Below, piece after piece: positions 6,980-14,907 of a DNA stretch of 14,907 bases; within the stretch, counting starts at the first letter, position 1; each line of letters opens with the position of its first letter. The stretch comes from an uncultured bacterium (GTDB lineage: Bacteria > CSSED10-310 > CAZUFC01): assembly GCA_964619725.1 (NCBI GenBank), contig CAZUFC010000173.1, forward strand, positions 1-14,907, read 5' to 3'. Below the pieces are notes generated by a model that was not told where the DNA came from, did no database searches, and was given only the letters and a program-made list of their open reading frames with translations. The position numbers and the translations under genes are program-made.

Positions 6980-7798
6980 TCAATCCGCCAACGGCAGGTC
7001 TACGAAATCGAAAACCAGCTCTTTTTCCTGAGAATCTTTCGGGAAGGGGTGAAACAGCAAATCAAAACATTGCGGAATTTCCGGCAAAATGAACAGGGCC
7101 TTTGCATCCACATATTCCTTATTATTTTCTTTTCTGAAATTCCGAGAAAATTCAAAGGGTGAAAAAAGCACTTCCTCGTTTTTTAAAACAATGTCCGAAT
7201 AATATTCCGCTCCTTCGCCGCTCAACGTATATTCCAGCTCCAATATGTTTTCATTCCATTGATTCTGTGTGAATTCTCCTTTTTTAATCAGGAGGGCCAT
7301 ATCATTTCCGATCTGTGTGAGACCGGACAAGTCTTCCGGATTCATATCCTTTAAACAGAGTTGCATCATGCTTTCGCCATTATTGTACGGCAGCAGGCAG
7401 AAGCTTAAATTCACTTTATCCGGGAGAGCGCCGAGAGCCTGTATTTTTTCATTGTAAATAATGGCGTTTTGATCCGGCGCTTCTTCGACTGTGACGACGG
7501 AGGCCAGTCTGGGGATAATTCGTCCGTGGGGATCATAAAGAATGGTACCGCCGAAGGAGCTGGAATCATGGGGCATGGCCGGCGTCACTCTCACTGAAAA
7601 CATTGCGATACGCTTTAAACCCTCTTCGCCTTTCTCCCACCCGTGTGTAACGCTGATTAATTCAATAATGTGCTGCTTTCCTTCAAATTCATATGAATAT
7701 TGCCATAAGGAAGACGGCGGGATATTGTCATGTGGAGGAGCGCAAGCCCCTAATACCAGCAAAAAAGTTAAAAGAGTCAAACCGGTTTTAAAATTCAA
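6980..7798 (-). CDS. Hypothetical lipoprotein
   Basis: TTG start with a strong AAGGAGG Shine-Dalgarno (reverse complement of 7804-7810); signal peptide with lipobox LVLGA-C; 272-aa acidic ORF with no recognised domain. Confidence 0.75.
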   Translation of the reverse strand: MNFKTGLTLLTFLLVLGACAPPHDNIPPSSLWQYSYEFEGKQHIIELISVTHGWEKGEEGLKRIAMFSVRVTPAMPHDSSSFGGTILYDPHGRIIPRLASVVTVEEAPDQNAIIYNEKIQALGALPDKVNLSFCLLPYNNGESMMQLCLKDMNPEDLSGLTQIGNDMALLIKKGEFTQNQWNENILELEYTLSGEGAEYYSDIVLKNEEVLFSPFEFSRNFRKENNKEYVDAKALFILPEIPQCFDLLFHPFPKDSQEKELVFDFVDLPLAD

Positions 7799-8133
7799 GA
7801 AGACCTCCTTGCGGATAGTGGATCAGGCAATCCTGAATACAACACATTTTCTCTGAAAAAGATGATTTCTTCAAGTTTTAGTTTTTTGGGATCGCTATTT
7901 GTTCCTTTTTTCATTAAAAAGCCCGGCATTAATTTGCTTGGACCCAAAACCCGCAGCTCCTGTCTGCGCCGCAGCGCCGAGAAAAGTGAGTTTTTGCCAT
8001 GCGCTGATTTATCAAAACGAGCCGGAATCCGTCATACGGTTATGTTGATTTATTCTTTTGATTTTGATATTTCGTTAATCCTGGCTCAGGCGTGAAACCG
8101 CCGTATTTGCGACGGAAGAAAGCGGCATAAACC

Positions 8134-9354
8134 ATGAAAACGCTTAAAGCAGAAGCATACAACCGAAAAACTCCGAAGAAATGCGGTTATACAAAGCCTT
8201 TTTCTGTGTTAATCGGCAAAAAATATCGAATCGGCATAGACGTGCGGAAATTTAAGGATTTTGGGATTGGGACATACATAAAAACATTACTGACGGAATT
8301 CTCTACGCTTTCTGCCGAAGCGCCGGATTTCATTTTATTCCATTCACCGGGCGATGCCGAGGAAATCCAGGAATTAGGCGACTTTGAATTGGTCGAAGAA
8401 ACTTCCCCTAAATATTCTCTTCGTGAACTTTTTTCGTTATCTCGTCATGCCGGCCGAAAGCGCCTCGACATACTGCACTGTCCACATTACGTGGTACCTT
8501 TTTTCCCGCCCTGTTCGACGATCGTAACGATCCACGACCTGATACATATTCTTTTTCCTGAGCAGCTTCGTCACAGAGCAGAGAAATATTACGCGGAATT
8601 CATGCTTTCCCGTGCGGTCAAACTCGCATCCAGAATCATCACGGGTTCTGATTATTCGAAAAGAGACCTGGATAAACACTTCGGACCTTTAAGGGATAAA
8701 ACGAGTGTTGTTTATCACGGAGTGGGTCCCGAATTTCATCCTATAGATAAAGCGGAATGCCGGGAACGTTTAAAAAGAAAATATGGAATTGAAAGGCCTT
8801 TCATCCTTTATTCCGGTTCTTTCAGAGTTCACAAAAACGTCGACGGACTGATAAGGGCATTTCGGCATTTCAGAAAAGCATACAAGGATCATTACCCAGA
8901 GTTATCACTGGTTCTAGCCGGCAGAGTCCCGCCTTCCGGAGATGAATTAAGACGATTGACCGAAGCGCCGGAACTGAGCCGTCGCGTTTATTTCATTAAA
9001 GCCCAGATTTTAAGCGATATTCCCTATATTTATAATGCAGCGGAATTATTCGTTTTTCTATCCCGGCATGAAGGTTTCGGATTGCCTCCGCTGGAAGTCG
9101 CTGCCTGCGGTGTCCCGGTGATCTATTCCGACAGGGCATCTTTACCGGAAGTAATGCAGGCTGCAGGCATGCCGGTCAATCCTGACGAAACTGAAAAAAT
9201 CGCTGAAATGATTTTCACTCTTATGTCTGATGAAAAACTGAAAGCCGATCTAACAAAAAAGGGATTGCAAAGAGCATCTTATTTCACTCCTGAAAAAACG
9301 GCAATGGAAACTCTGAAAATTTATGAAGAGGTTATAAAAAGTGGCTCAAGCTGA
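8134..9354 (+). CDS. Glycosyltransferase family 4 (GT-B, MtfB/WbdB-like)
   Basis: RIGID.R, GIGTY, TIHDL, ILYSGS...HKN...LI.AF, FVFLSRHEGFGLPPLE..ACG.PVI.S...SLPEV (E-X7-E motif). The true start may be downstream, e.g. GTG 8206. Confidence 0.93.
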   Translation: MKTLKAEAYNRKTPKKCGYTKPFSVLIGKKYRIGIDVRKFKDFGIGTYIKTLLTEFSTLSAEAPDFILFHSPGDAEEIQELGDFELVEETSPKYSLRELFSLSRHAGRKRLDILHCPHYVVPFFPPCSTIVTIHDLIHILFPEQLRHRAEKYYAEFMLSRAVKLASRIITGSDYSKRDLDKHFGPLRDKTSVVYHGVGPEFHPIDKAECRERLKRKYGIERPFILYSGSFRVHKNVDGLIRAFRHFRKAYKDHYPELSLVLAGRVPPSGDELRRLTEAPELSRRVYFIKAQILSDIPYIYNAAELFVFLSRHEGFGLPPLEVAACGVPVIYSDRASLPEVMQAAGMPVNPDETEKIAEMIFTLMSDEKLKADLTKKGLQRASYFTPEKTAMETLKIYEEVIKSGSS

Positions 9355-10513
9355 AAACGGCGAGTTAAAAACTGCTATCGTGCATGATTGGTTAACGGGA
9401 ATGCGAGGCGGCGAACGGGTGCTCGAAATCATGTGTTCCCTTTATCCCGACGCGGACATTTATACTTTATTTCATATCAAAAACAGCGTTTCTTCGACTA
9501 TTGAAAGGAGGCCCATTCACACATCCTTCTTGCAGAAATTTCCGTTCATTAAGACTCATTATCGCTACCTCCTTCCCCTTTTTCCCCTGGCTGTCGAAAG
9601 TTTCTGTCTAGACTCCTACGATCTGGTCATTTCCCTCAGTCATTGCGCTGCTCTGGGCGTAATTACGAGACCGGAAACCTGCCATGTGTGTTATTGTTTC
9701 ACGCCCATGCGGTACATAAGAGATCAATTTGACTGTTATTTCAATCGCAAAAATTCGCGGCTCAAAAAAGGGCTTATTTCTATTCCGATTCATTTTCTCA
9801 GAATCTGGGACCAGACAGCCTCCTGTCGCGTCGACCGTTTCATAGCGACGTCCCGGCACATCGTTTCCAGAATAAAAAAATATTATCGCAGATCATCAGA
9901 AATAATTCATCCGCCTGTCAATACGGACTTTTTTCAACCTTCGGCGGAGAAACGGGAGGATTTCTATCTGATAGTGAGCGCCCTGTCTCCTTATAAAAAA
10001 ATCGATTTGGCGACGGCAGCTTTCAACGAATCAGGCAAACCTCTTGTGATCATAGGTTGGGGACCGGAAATCGAGCATCTGAAAAAATCAGCAAAGAAAA
10101 ACATCCGCTTCCTGGGTAAACAATCCGATGAGACCTTGCTCAACCACTACCGACGCTGCAAAGCCCTTGTCTTTCCCGGCGAAGAAGATTTCGGTCTTAC
10201 GCCTCTTGAAGCTCAGGCCTGCGGAACGCCCGTTATCGCTTATGAAAAAGGCGGCGTAATTGAATCCGTCATCCCTGATGCTACAGGCGTGTTTTTTAAT
10301 GATTCCTCTCCGAATTCGCTTAATTCGGCAATACAACGCTTTGAAAAAATGGAATTCAATCCCGAGCTTATCAGAAATCACGCCCTTAAATTCAGCATCA
10401 AAGAATTTCGGCTTCAGATGAGAAACATGGTTGACTTAATGCATAAGCAGCATGTAAAGTCCATGAACGAACCGGAGAAAGGCCTGCCCGGATTTTCTTG
10501 CACTGTTGACTAA
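9341..10513 (+). CDS. Glycosyltransferase family 4 (WbaZ-like, probable mannosyltransferase)
   Basis: AIVHDWLTGMRGGERVL, YC.TPMRY, IHPPV, VSAL.PYKKIDL, FPGEEDFG.TPLEAQACG.PVIA...GG..E. GTG start overlaps the upstream gene by 14 nt. Confidence 0.93.
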   Translation: MAQAENGELKTAIVHDWLTGMRGGERVLEIMCSLYPDADIYTLFHIKNSVSSTIERRPIHTSFLQKFPFIKTHYRYLLPLFPLAVESFCLDSYDLVISLSHCAALGVITRPETCHVCYCFTPMRYIRDQFDCYFNRKNSRLKKGLISIPIHFLRIWDQTASCRVDRFIATSRHIVSRIKKYYRRSSEIIHPPVNTDFFQPSAEKREDFYLIVSALSPYKKIDLATAAFNESGKPLVIIGWGPEIEHLKKSAKKNIRFLGKQSDETLLNHYRRCKALVFPGEEDFGLTPLEAQACGTPVIAYEKGGVIESVIPDATGVFFNDSSPNSLNSAIQRFEKMEFNPELIRNHALKFSIKEFRLQMRNMVDLMHKQHVKSMNEPEKGLPGFSCTVD

Positions 10514-10612
10514 GAACTTGTCGAAAGGCTCTTCGGACAATGATGACACGGATGCTTCGCATGATGAAAAAGTTATCGGCTCTCAGTCGATTTGATTAAT
10601 AGAATGTTTCCC

Positions 10613-10641
10613 TTGCTATTAAGCGCTCTTTTTGTTATTAT
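10613..10641 (+). promoter_or_regulatory. Putative sigma70 promoter for the wcaJ-like gene
   Basis: TTGCTA (10613-10618), 17-nt spacer, TG-T-TATTAT (10633-10641); AAGGAG Shine-Dalgarno before ATG 10672. Confidence 0.6.
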
Positions 10642-10671
10642 TAAAAGCCTCCTACAAAGGAGTGACGTTTA

Positions 10672-12087
10672 ATGCTCAAGTTTTATCAGAAATTTGTCGG
10701 CATTGTTTTTACCCTCTCAGACCTCCTGATGTCTTATGCCGCGTTGCTCTTGGCTTATTATCTCCGCTTTCATTCACCTTTTTTTCAAAAAATATTTCCT
10801 CTCAGCAAAGGAATAGCGCCGCTCAGCGATTTTTTTAATTTTCCGGTAATACTTCTTTTGTCTTTAGTCTGGATATCGGTTTTTAGAATTAACGGACTGC
10901 ATCGCCCGAAACGCTGGCGTTCATCAGTGAATTTGTTCATCACGGTTTTTTCTAACGTGACGCTGTGCATGACCATCCTGGTTGGACTGGCGTTTTTCTA
11001 TCGGGAATTGACCTTTTCCCGTGTCGTAGTGGGAACTTTCTGGATACTGGACATCTTCTTTATCTTCTTTGCGCGCCTGGTGATGAAGTGGGTATTGAGT
11101 TACCTGCGGCGGAAGGGTTACAACCAGCGCAACATACTAATCGTAGGAGCCGGGAAGTTAGGCGAAGCTTTTTTTGAGAGGATCAGGGCTAACGCGGGTA
11201 TGGGACTTCAGGTTGTGGGCTTCCTGGATGATGACTCTAAAAAGCTGGGCAAAAAGATACACGGCGTCCCGGTTTTGGGAAGGCTGGACAAGATCAAAGA
11301 CGTTATTCAATCGAGACAGGTCTATGATATATTCATCGCCCTTCCGATGTCGGCACACAAGAGAATGCTGCAGTTGCTTTCGCAGGTGAAGGACGAATGC
11401 ATATCCATAAAAGTAATTCCGGACGTGCTTCAATACATAACGATAAAATCGAGTATCGAGGACATTGACGGGATACCGATCATCAATTTCTGGCAGACGC
11501 CTCTCAGCGGATGGAACGCTTTCATCAAAAGAATAGTCGATATCCTGTTGTCCATTTTCATTCTGATAGTCACCGCCCCCATCACGCTGTTATTCGCTCT
11601 CCTGATAAAACTCACTTCCGAAGGTCCCGTTCTTTACAGGCAGGAGCGCATGGGATTGGACGGCAGGCCATTCAAGATGCTGAAATTCAGATCAATGCGA
11701 GTGGATGCAGAAGATAAAACAGGCCCTGTATTCGCGGTGGAGGGCGATCCGAGGATAACGCGGTTAGGCGCCCTCATGCGGAAATTGAGCATTGACGAAT
11801 TACCTCAATTAATCAATGTGCTCCGGGGACAAATGAGCCTGGTCGGTCCGCGTCCTGAACGGCCGCCGTTCGTCCAGGAATTCCGCGAAAAGATACCCCG
11901 TTACATGCTAAGGCACAAAGTGAAATCGGGGATGACAGGCTGGGCGCAGGTTCATGGATACCGCGGCAACACATCAATTAGAAAACGATTGGAATACGAT
12001 CTCTATTACATTGAAAACTGGTCGCTGATGCTCGATTTTAAAATTTTGATCCTGACGCTCTTCAGGCTTCATAAAAACGCCGTTTAA
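10672..12087 (+). CDS. wcaJ: Undecaprenyl-phosphate glucose phosphotransferase (WcaJ/GumD/CpsE-type priming phosphoglycosyltransferase)
   Basis: Four N-terminal TM helices, a Rossmann-like middle domain (ILIVGAG, VVGFLDDD, PVLG), and a C-terminal PGT domain (KRIVD, IKLTS.GP..YRQ.R.G, KFRSM, DPRIT, SIDELPQL.NVL.G.MSLVGPRPERP, VK.G.TGWAQV.G.RG, DLYYIENWS). Sugar specificity is inferred. Confidence 0.9.
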   Translation: MLKFYQKFVGIVFTLSDLLMSYAALLLAYYLRFHSPFFQKIFPLSKGIAPLSDFFNFPVILLLSLVWISVFRINGLHRPKRWRSSVNLFITVFSNVTLCMTILVGLAFFYRELTFSRVVVGTFWILDIFFIFFARLVMKWVLSYLRRKGYNQRNILIVGAGKLGEAFFERIRANAGMGLQVVGFLDDDSKKLGKKIHGVPVLGRLDKIKDVIQSRQVYDIFIALPMSAHKRMLQLLSQVKDECISIKVIPDVLQYITIKSSIEDIDGIPIINFWQTPLSGWNAFIKRIVDILLSIFILIVTAPITLLFALLIKLTSEGPVLYRQERMGLDGRPFKMLKFRSMRVDAEDKTGPVFAVEGDPRITRLGALMRKLSIDELPQLINVLRGQMSLVGPRPERPPFVQEFREKIPRYMLRHKVKSGMTGWAQVHGYRGNTSIRKRLEYDLYYIENWSLMLDFKILILTLFRLHKNAV

Positions 12088-12214
12088 TTCCTCCCCTCTG
12101 AAAAATTTCAACGTTCAACCCGCCGCATCTTTTCCGACAATTGGTATCTTTTTGCAGAAGGTTGAAAAACGTACAGTTTCTAGTTTCAGCATATTTTTTT
12201 AACGGGCTGCGCAA

Positions 12215-12243
12215 TTGACAGTCTGGTGGGGCCGGCATATAAT
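12215..12243 (+). promoter_or_regulatory. Consensus sigma70 promoter
   Basis: Exact TTGACA (12215-12220), 17-nt spacer, exact TATAAT (12238-12243), 57 nt before the transporter ATG. Confidence 0.9.
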
Positions 12244-12300
12244 TAGAAGGCTTTTTTCATTTATAAACTAGGATCATTTGATAATAACGGGGGACAAGTT

Positions 12301-14562
12301 ATGAGTCAGCGAGAGAGATGGTCAAGCAGGTTCGTGTTCGTAACTGCGGCAGTCGGATCAGCGGTGGGATTGGGGAATATCTGGCGTTTTCCTTACATCG
12401 CCTATGAAAACGGTGGAGGAGCGTTTTTCATACCGTATTTCATCGCTCTTATTTCGACCGGGATTCCTCTCGTTATTCTCGAATATGCTTTGGGACAGTG
12501 GTTTCAAAGCGGTGCGCCCGGCGCAATGGCTAAAATCCGTAAAGGATTTCGATGGGTGGGCTGGATGGCTCTTTTAGTCGGAACATCCGTCGTTTTTTAC
12601 TATGTCGGCATTATGGGATATTCCTGGCGATATATGATTAAATCGGTAACTCTGGACTGGACGAAACCCGTTGATGACCGCACTGTTCTCAAGGTCGTTT
12701 ATGAGGCAGATGAAGATATTGAAGCGATCGACGAACTTTTCAGGACCTGGAAAGACAAATTGGGTGAAGATGCTGAAATCTACGATGAGCCGGCTGAATT
12801 AACGGCATATGTCGAAAAAATCGCTTCCGGCGACGTCGATACCTCAAAACGAACCGTCCCTCACGCCGCTATTCTTTCCAAACCGGCAATGAATCAGGTC
12901 GAATCGCAAATAAACTATTATTACAGTCGTCAGGTTGAGGAATACAAGCGGACGGCCGAACCGGATCAGGAACTTACTTATCCTGAGGAACGCCGGATAA
13001 GATTATTGACCGAGACAGACAATATAGCCGTTTATTTTTCGGAGATAACCCTTGGTGGATTCGAAATCGAAAAATGGCAAAAGAAAGCGGCCAGAAACCG
13101 AAAAATCAATGAACATATCAAACTGCTGGAAAGCGATTCGCAGAAATCGGAAGATTTTGACTGGCAATTCCTGGCAGAACTGACGCCCCGGATCAAAACT
13201 TTATCTCAGGAAATAAAGGGCCGCCTGATCCCTCATTCTGAAATAGAAGGAGAAATATCCGAAGGCGAACCGGGGCAATCCGTGGATTACGGCAATATAA
13301 AGAACCAGTTGATTCAGTCCCTTGAATCAGCGCGTGTTTCTTATGTTTCAGACATGTTTTCAATCGATGTCGGCCTTTATTTCTGGATACTGTTGACGTG
13401 GGTGATCGTCTTCCTGTGCATCATTAAGGGCGTGGAGTCTGTAGGTAAAGTCGTAATGTTTACTGTCCCCGGGCCGTTGATTCTATTGGGAATTCTCATT
13501 ATCCAGGGTCTGTCTTTGAAAGGTTCCGGCCAGGGAATCGATTTTTTCCTGTCTCCCAACTGGGAATTGCTGAAAAACCCCCGGGTCTGGCTGGCCGCAT
13601 ACGGGCAGATATTTTTCTCTTTGAGTCTCGGTTTCGGAATACTAATCGCTTATGCCAGCTATCAGTCGGAAGAATCAGAAGTTTCGAATAATGCTTTTAT
13701 GACGAGTTTCTGTAATTGTGCGACAAGTTTTTACGCCAGTTTTGCGGTTTTCAGCGTTCTGGGATACATGGCCGTCGCTATGAATCAGACCGTGGGCGAC
13801 GTAGTAAAAACCGGGCCGGGCCTGGTCTTCGTCACATACCCGACGGCCCTGGCTAAAATGGGAGATATGGGAAAACTCGTCGGCATCCTCTTTTTCTTCA
13901 GTCTCCTCCTTCTGGGTATCGACTCGGCTTTCTCCCTGGTCGAATCTATCGTCACAGGCTTGAGAGATGTTCTTAAAAAGGTTAACCGGCTTTACATCAA
14001 TACCGCCGTATGCCTTGTGGGAGCGATTATAGGGATAGTTTTCAGCATGAAATCAGGTTTAATGTGGCTCGATATCGTCGATAACTGGATGAGTAATTAC
14101 GGACTGGTTCTCGTCGGCGTTCTGGAATGCATCGCTGTCGGGTATTTCTTCCGAATTGAAGAGATCAGGGAATTCGTCAACCGGAAATCTGAAATTCATC
14201 TGGGCCCCTGGTGGGATGCTTTCATTAAAGTCGTTACGCCGATCATCCTGTTTTATTTGCTGGGAACACAGTTTTTAAAAGATATTACCGAGACATACGG
14301 CAATTACGATGCCGTATTGAAATACTCCGTCGCTTTCGCCGGCTGGGGTTACTTCATGCTCCTGCTCCTCATCGCCTTTATCCTCGGTAAAAACTGGCTG
14401 CCCCTGGTCTGGCTGCTCAGCGGAGTGGTCCTGTCAGGATTTTTTATGATATTCACCGGCAATCCGGCTGCTTCAAGCATGGGAGCGTTAGGCGCCGTGC
14501 TGCTTTTAGGCGGTTTCCTGACATGTTTGAGGATCGCTGTAAAAGCAAAAAAGGATAGTTAG
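12301..14562 (+). CDS. Sodium-dependent transporter, NSS/SNF (SLC6/LeuT/MetP-like) family, with large loop insertions and a C-terminal extension
   Basis: RERWSSR, AVGSAVGLGNIWRFPY..YENGGGAF.IPY, GIPL..LEYALGQ, VW.AAYGQIFFSLSLGFG..IAYASY, GPGL.FVTYP, FF..L..LGIDSAFS.VE, G...LDIVD. At 753 aa it is much longer than the typical ~450-520 aa bacterial NSS protein. Confidence 0.95.
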   Translation: MSQRERWSSRFVFVTAAVGSAVGLGNIWRFPYIAYENGGGAFFIPYFIALISTGIPLVILEYALGQWFQSGAPGAMAKIRKGFRWVGWMALLVGTSVVFYYVGIMGYSWRYMIKSVTLDWTKPVDDRTVLKVVYEADEDIEAIDELFRTWKDKLGEDAEIYDEPAELTAYVEKIASGDVDTSKRTVPHAAILSKPAMNQVESQINYYYSRQVEEYKRTAEPDQELTYPEERRIRLLTETDNIAVYFSEITLGGFEIEKWQKKAARNRKINEHIKLLESDSQKSEDFDWQFLAELTPRIKTLSQEIKGRLIPHSEIEGEISEGEPGQSVDYGNIKNQLIQSLESARVSYVSDMFSIDVGLYFWILLTWVIVFLCIIKGVESVGKVVMFTVPGPLILLGILIIQGLSLKGSGQGIDFFLSPNWELLKNPRVWLAAYGQIFFSLSLGFGILIAYASYQSEESEVSNNAFMTSFCNCATSFYASFAVFSVLGYMAVAMNQTVGDVVKTGPGLVFVTYPTALAKMGDMGKLVGILFFFSLLLLGIDSAFSLVESIVTGLRDVLKKVNRLYINTAVCLVGAIIGIVFSMKSGLMWLDIVDNWMSNYGLVLVGVLECIAVGYFFRIEEIREFVNRKSEIHLGPWWDAFIKVVTPIILFYLLGTQFLKDITETYGNYDAVLKYSVAFAGWGYFMLLLLIAFILGKNWLPLVWLLSGVVLSGFFMIFTGNPAASSMGALGAVLLLGGFLTCLRIAVKAKKDS

Positions 14563-14760
14563 TGACTGTCCATAAACTCGATTGTCGATTCAAAATTTAA
14601 TGCTGGACAGTCACTGCGGTTTTTGATCCATAAACGAACGAATTTTTTTAAGACAAGGATGGTAAGGATTTGCAAGACAGGGGCGGCGCTTATACTTTGA
14701 CTGAGCAAATCCGAAGACTGACGCAGTATTGGGAAAAATTCGCCGTTTATGGACAAAAAC
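14556..14760. repeat. Tandem repeat unit 1 (205 bp) made of two palindromic modules, MITE-like
   Basis: Module A has a 12-bp perfect inverted repeat AGTGACTGTCCA (14561-14572) / TGGACAGTCACT (14604-14615). Module B (14619-14760) has ~25-bp imperfect terminal inverted repeats and an internal GGATTTGC / GCAAATCC stem. Confidence 0.85.
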
Positions 14761-14907
14761 TAGTTAGTGTCTGTCCACAAACTCGAATCTCGATTCAAAA
14801 TTTAATGCTGGACAGCCACTTGGGTTTTTGATCCATAAACGGGCGAATTTATCTTAAGGTAAGGAAGGCAGGGATTTGCGAAGTAGTGGGATTGCATATA
14901 CGTTGAC
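14761..14907. repeat. Tandem repeat unit 2 (partial, runs off the window end)
   Basis: 81 of the first 90 nt are identical to unit 1 without gaps (hand alignment); similarity continues with small indels to the end of the window. Confidence 0.9.

Noticed and set aside
7862-8095. 77-aa ORF between the lipoprotein and the first glycosyltransferase
   Set aside because: No SD and no recognisable features; it lies in the divergent promoter region.
7990-8133. ops/JUMPstart element or c-di-GMP riboswitch upstream of the glycosyltransferases
   Set aside because: No GGCGGTAGCGT on the coding strand and no GEMM two-hairpin consensus; only a weak CCGC/CGT hairpin near 8098-8125.
10518-10540. TTGTC-GAA...TTC-G-GACAA hairpin after the second glycosyltransferase
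   Set aside because: Weak stem with no U-tract; not enough to call a terminator.
14559-14756. 65-aa minus-strand ORF
   Set aside because: It lies entirely within the palindromic repeat, has no SD, and indels in unit 2 suggest the frame is not conserved.
14556-14907. CRISPR array or integron attC array
   Set aside because: The whole 205-bp unit repeats with no unique spacers or cassette ORFs, there is no RYYYAAC...GTTRRRY pair, and no cas or intI gene is in the window.

Overview
Bacterial chromosomal window (roughly mid-40s % GC by eye) with mostly housekeeping and envelope genes. In order: an Asd/Usg-like protein lacking the Asd catalytic residues; a small lipoprotein with a GspG-like (pseudopilin) globular segment; nadA-nadB (no nadC in the window); a GC-rich structured intergenic stretch; a membrane-anchored HEAT-repeat protein (minus strand); a thioredoxin-fold protein without CXXC; protein-L-isoaspartate methyltransferase (pcm) with an N-terminal hydrophobic leader; a hypothetical lipoprotein (minus strand); two GT4 glycosyltransferases and a WcaJ-type undecaprenyl-phosphate sugar phosphotransferase; and an unusually long NSS/SNF (LeuT-like) sodium-dependent transporter behind a perfect TTGACA-17-TATAAT promoter. 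The window ends in a 205-bp tandem repeat built from two nested palindromic, MITE-like modules. The most notable items are the transporter (about 210 extra residues in the TM3-TM4 loop and an apparent C-terminally fused MetS-like small subunit) and the tandem palindromic repeat, which supplies the transporter's stop codon. No CRISPR array, transposase, integrase, tRNA or rRNA was recognised. All family assignments come from recognising motifs by eye; no database searches were run.
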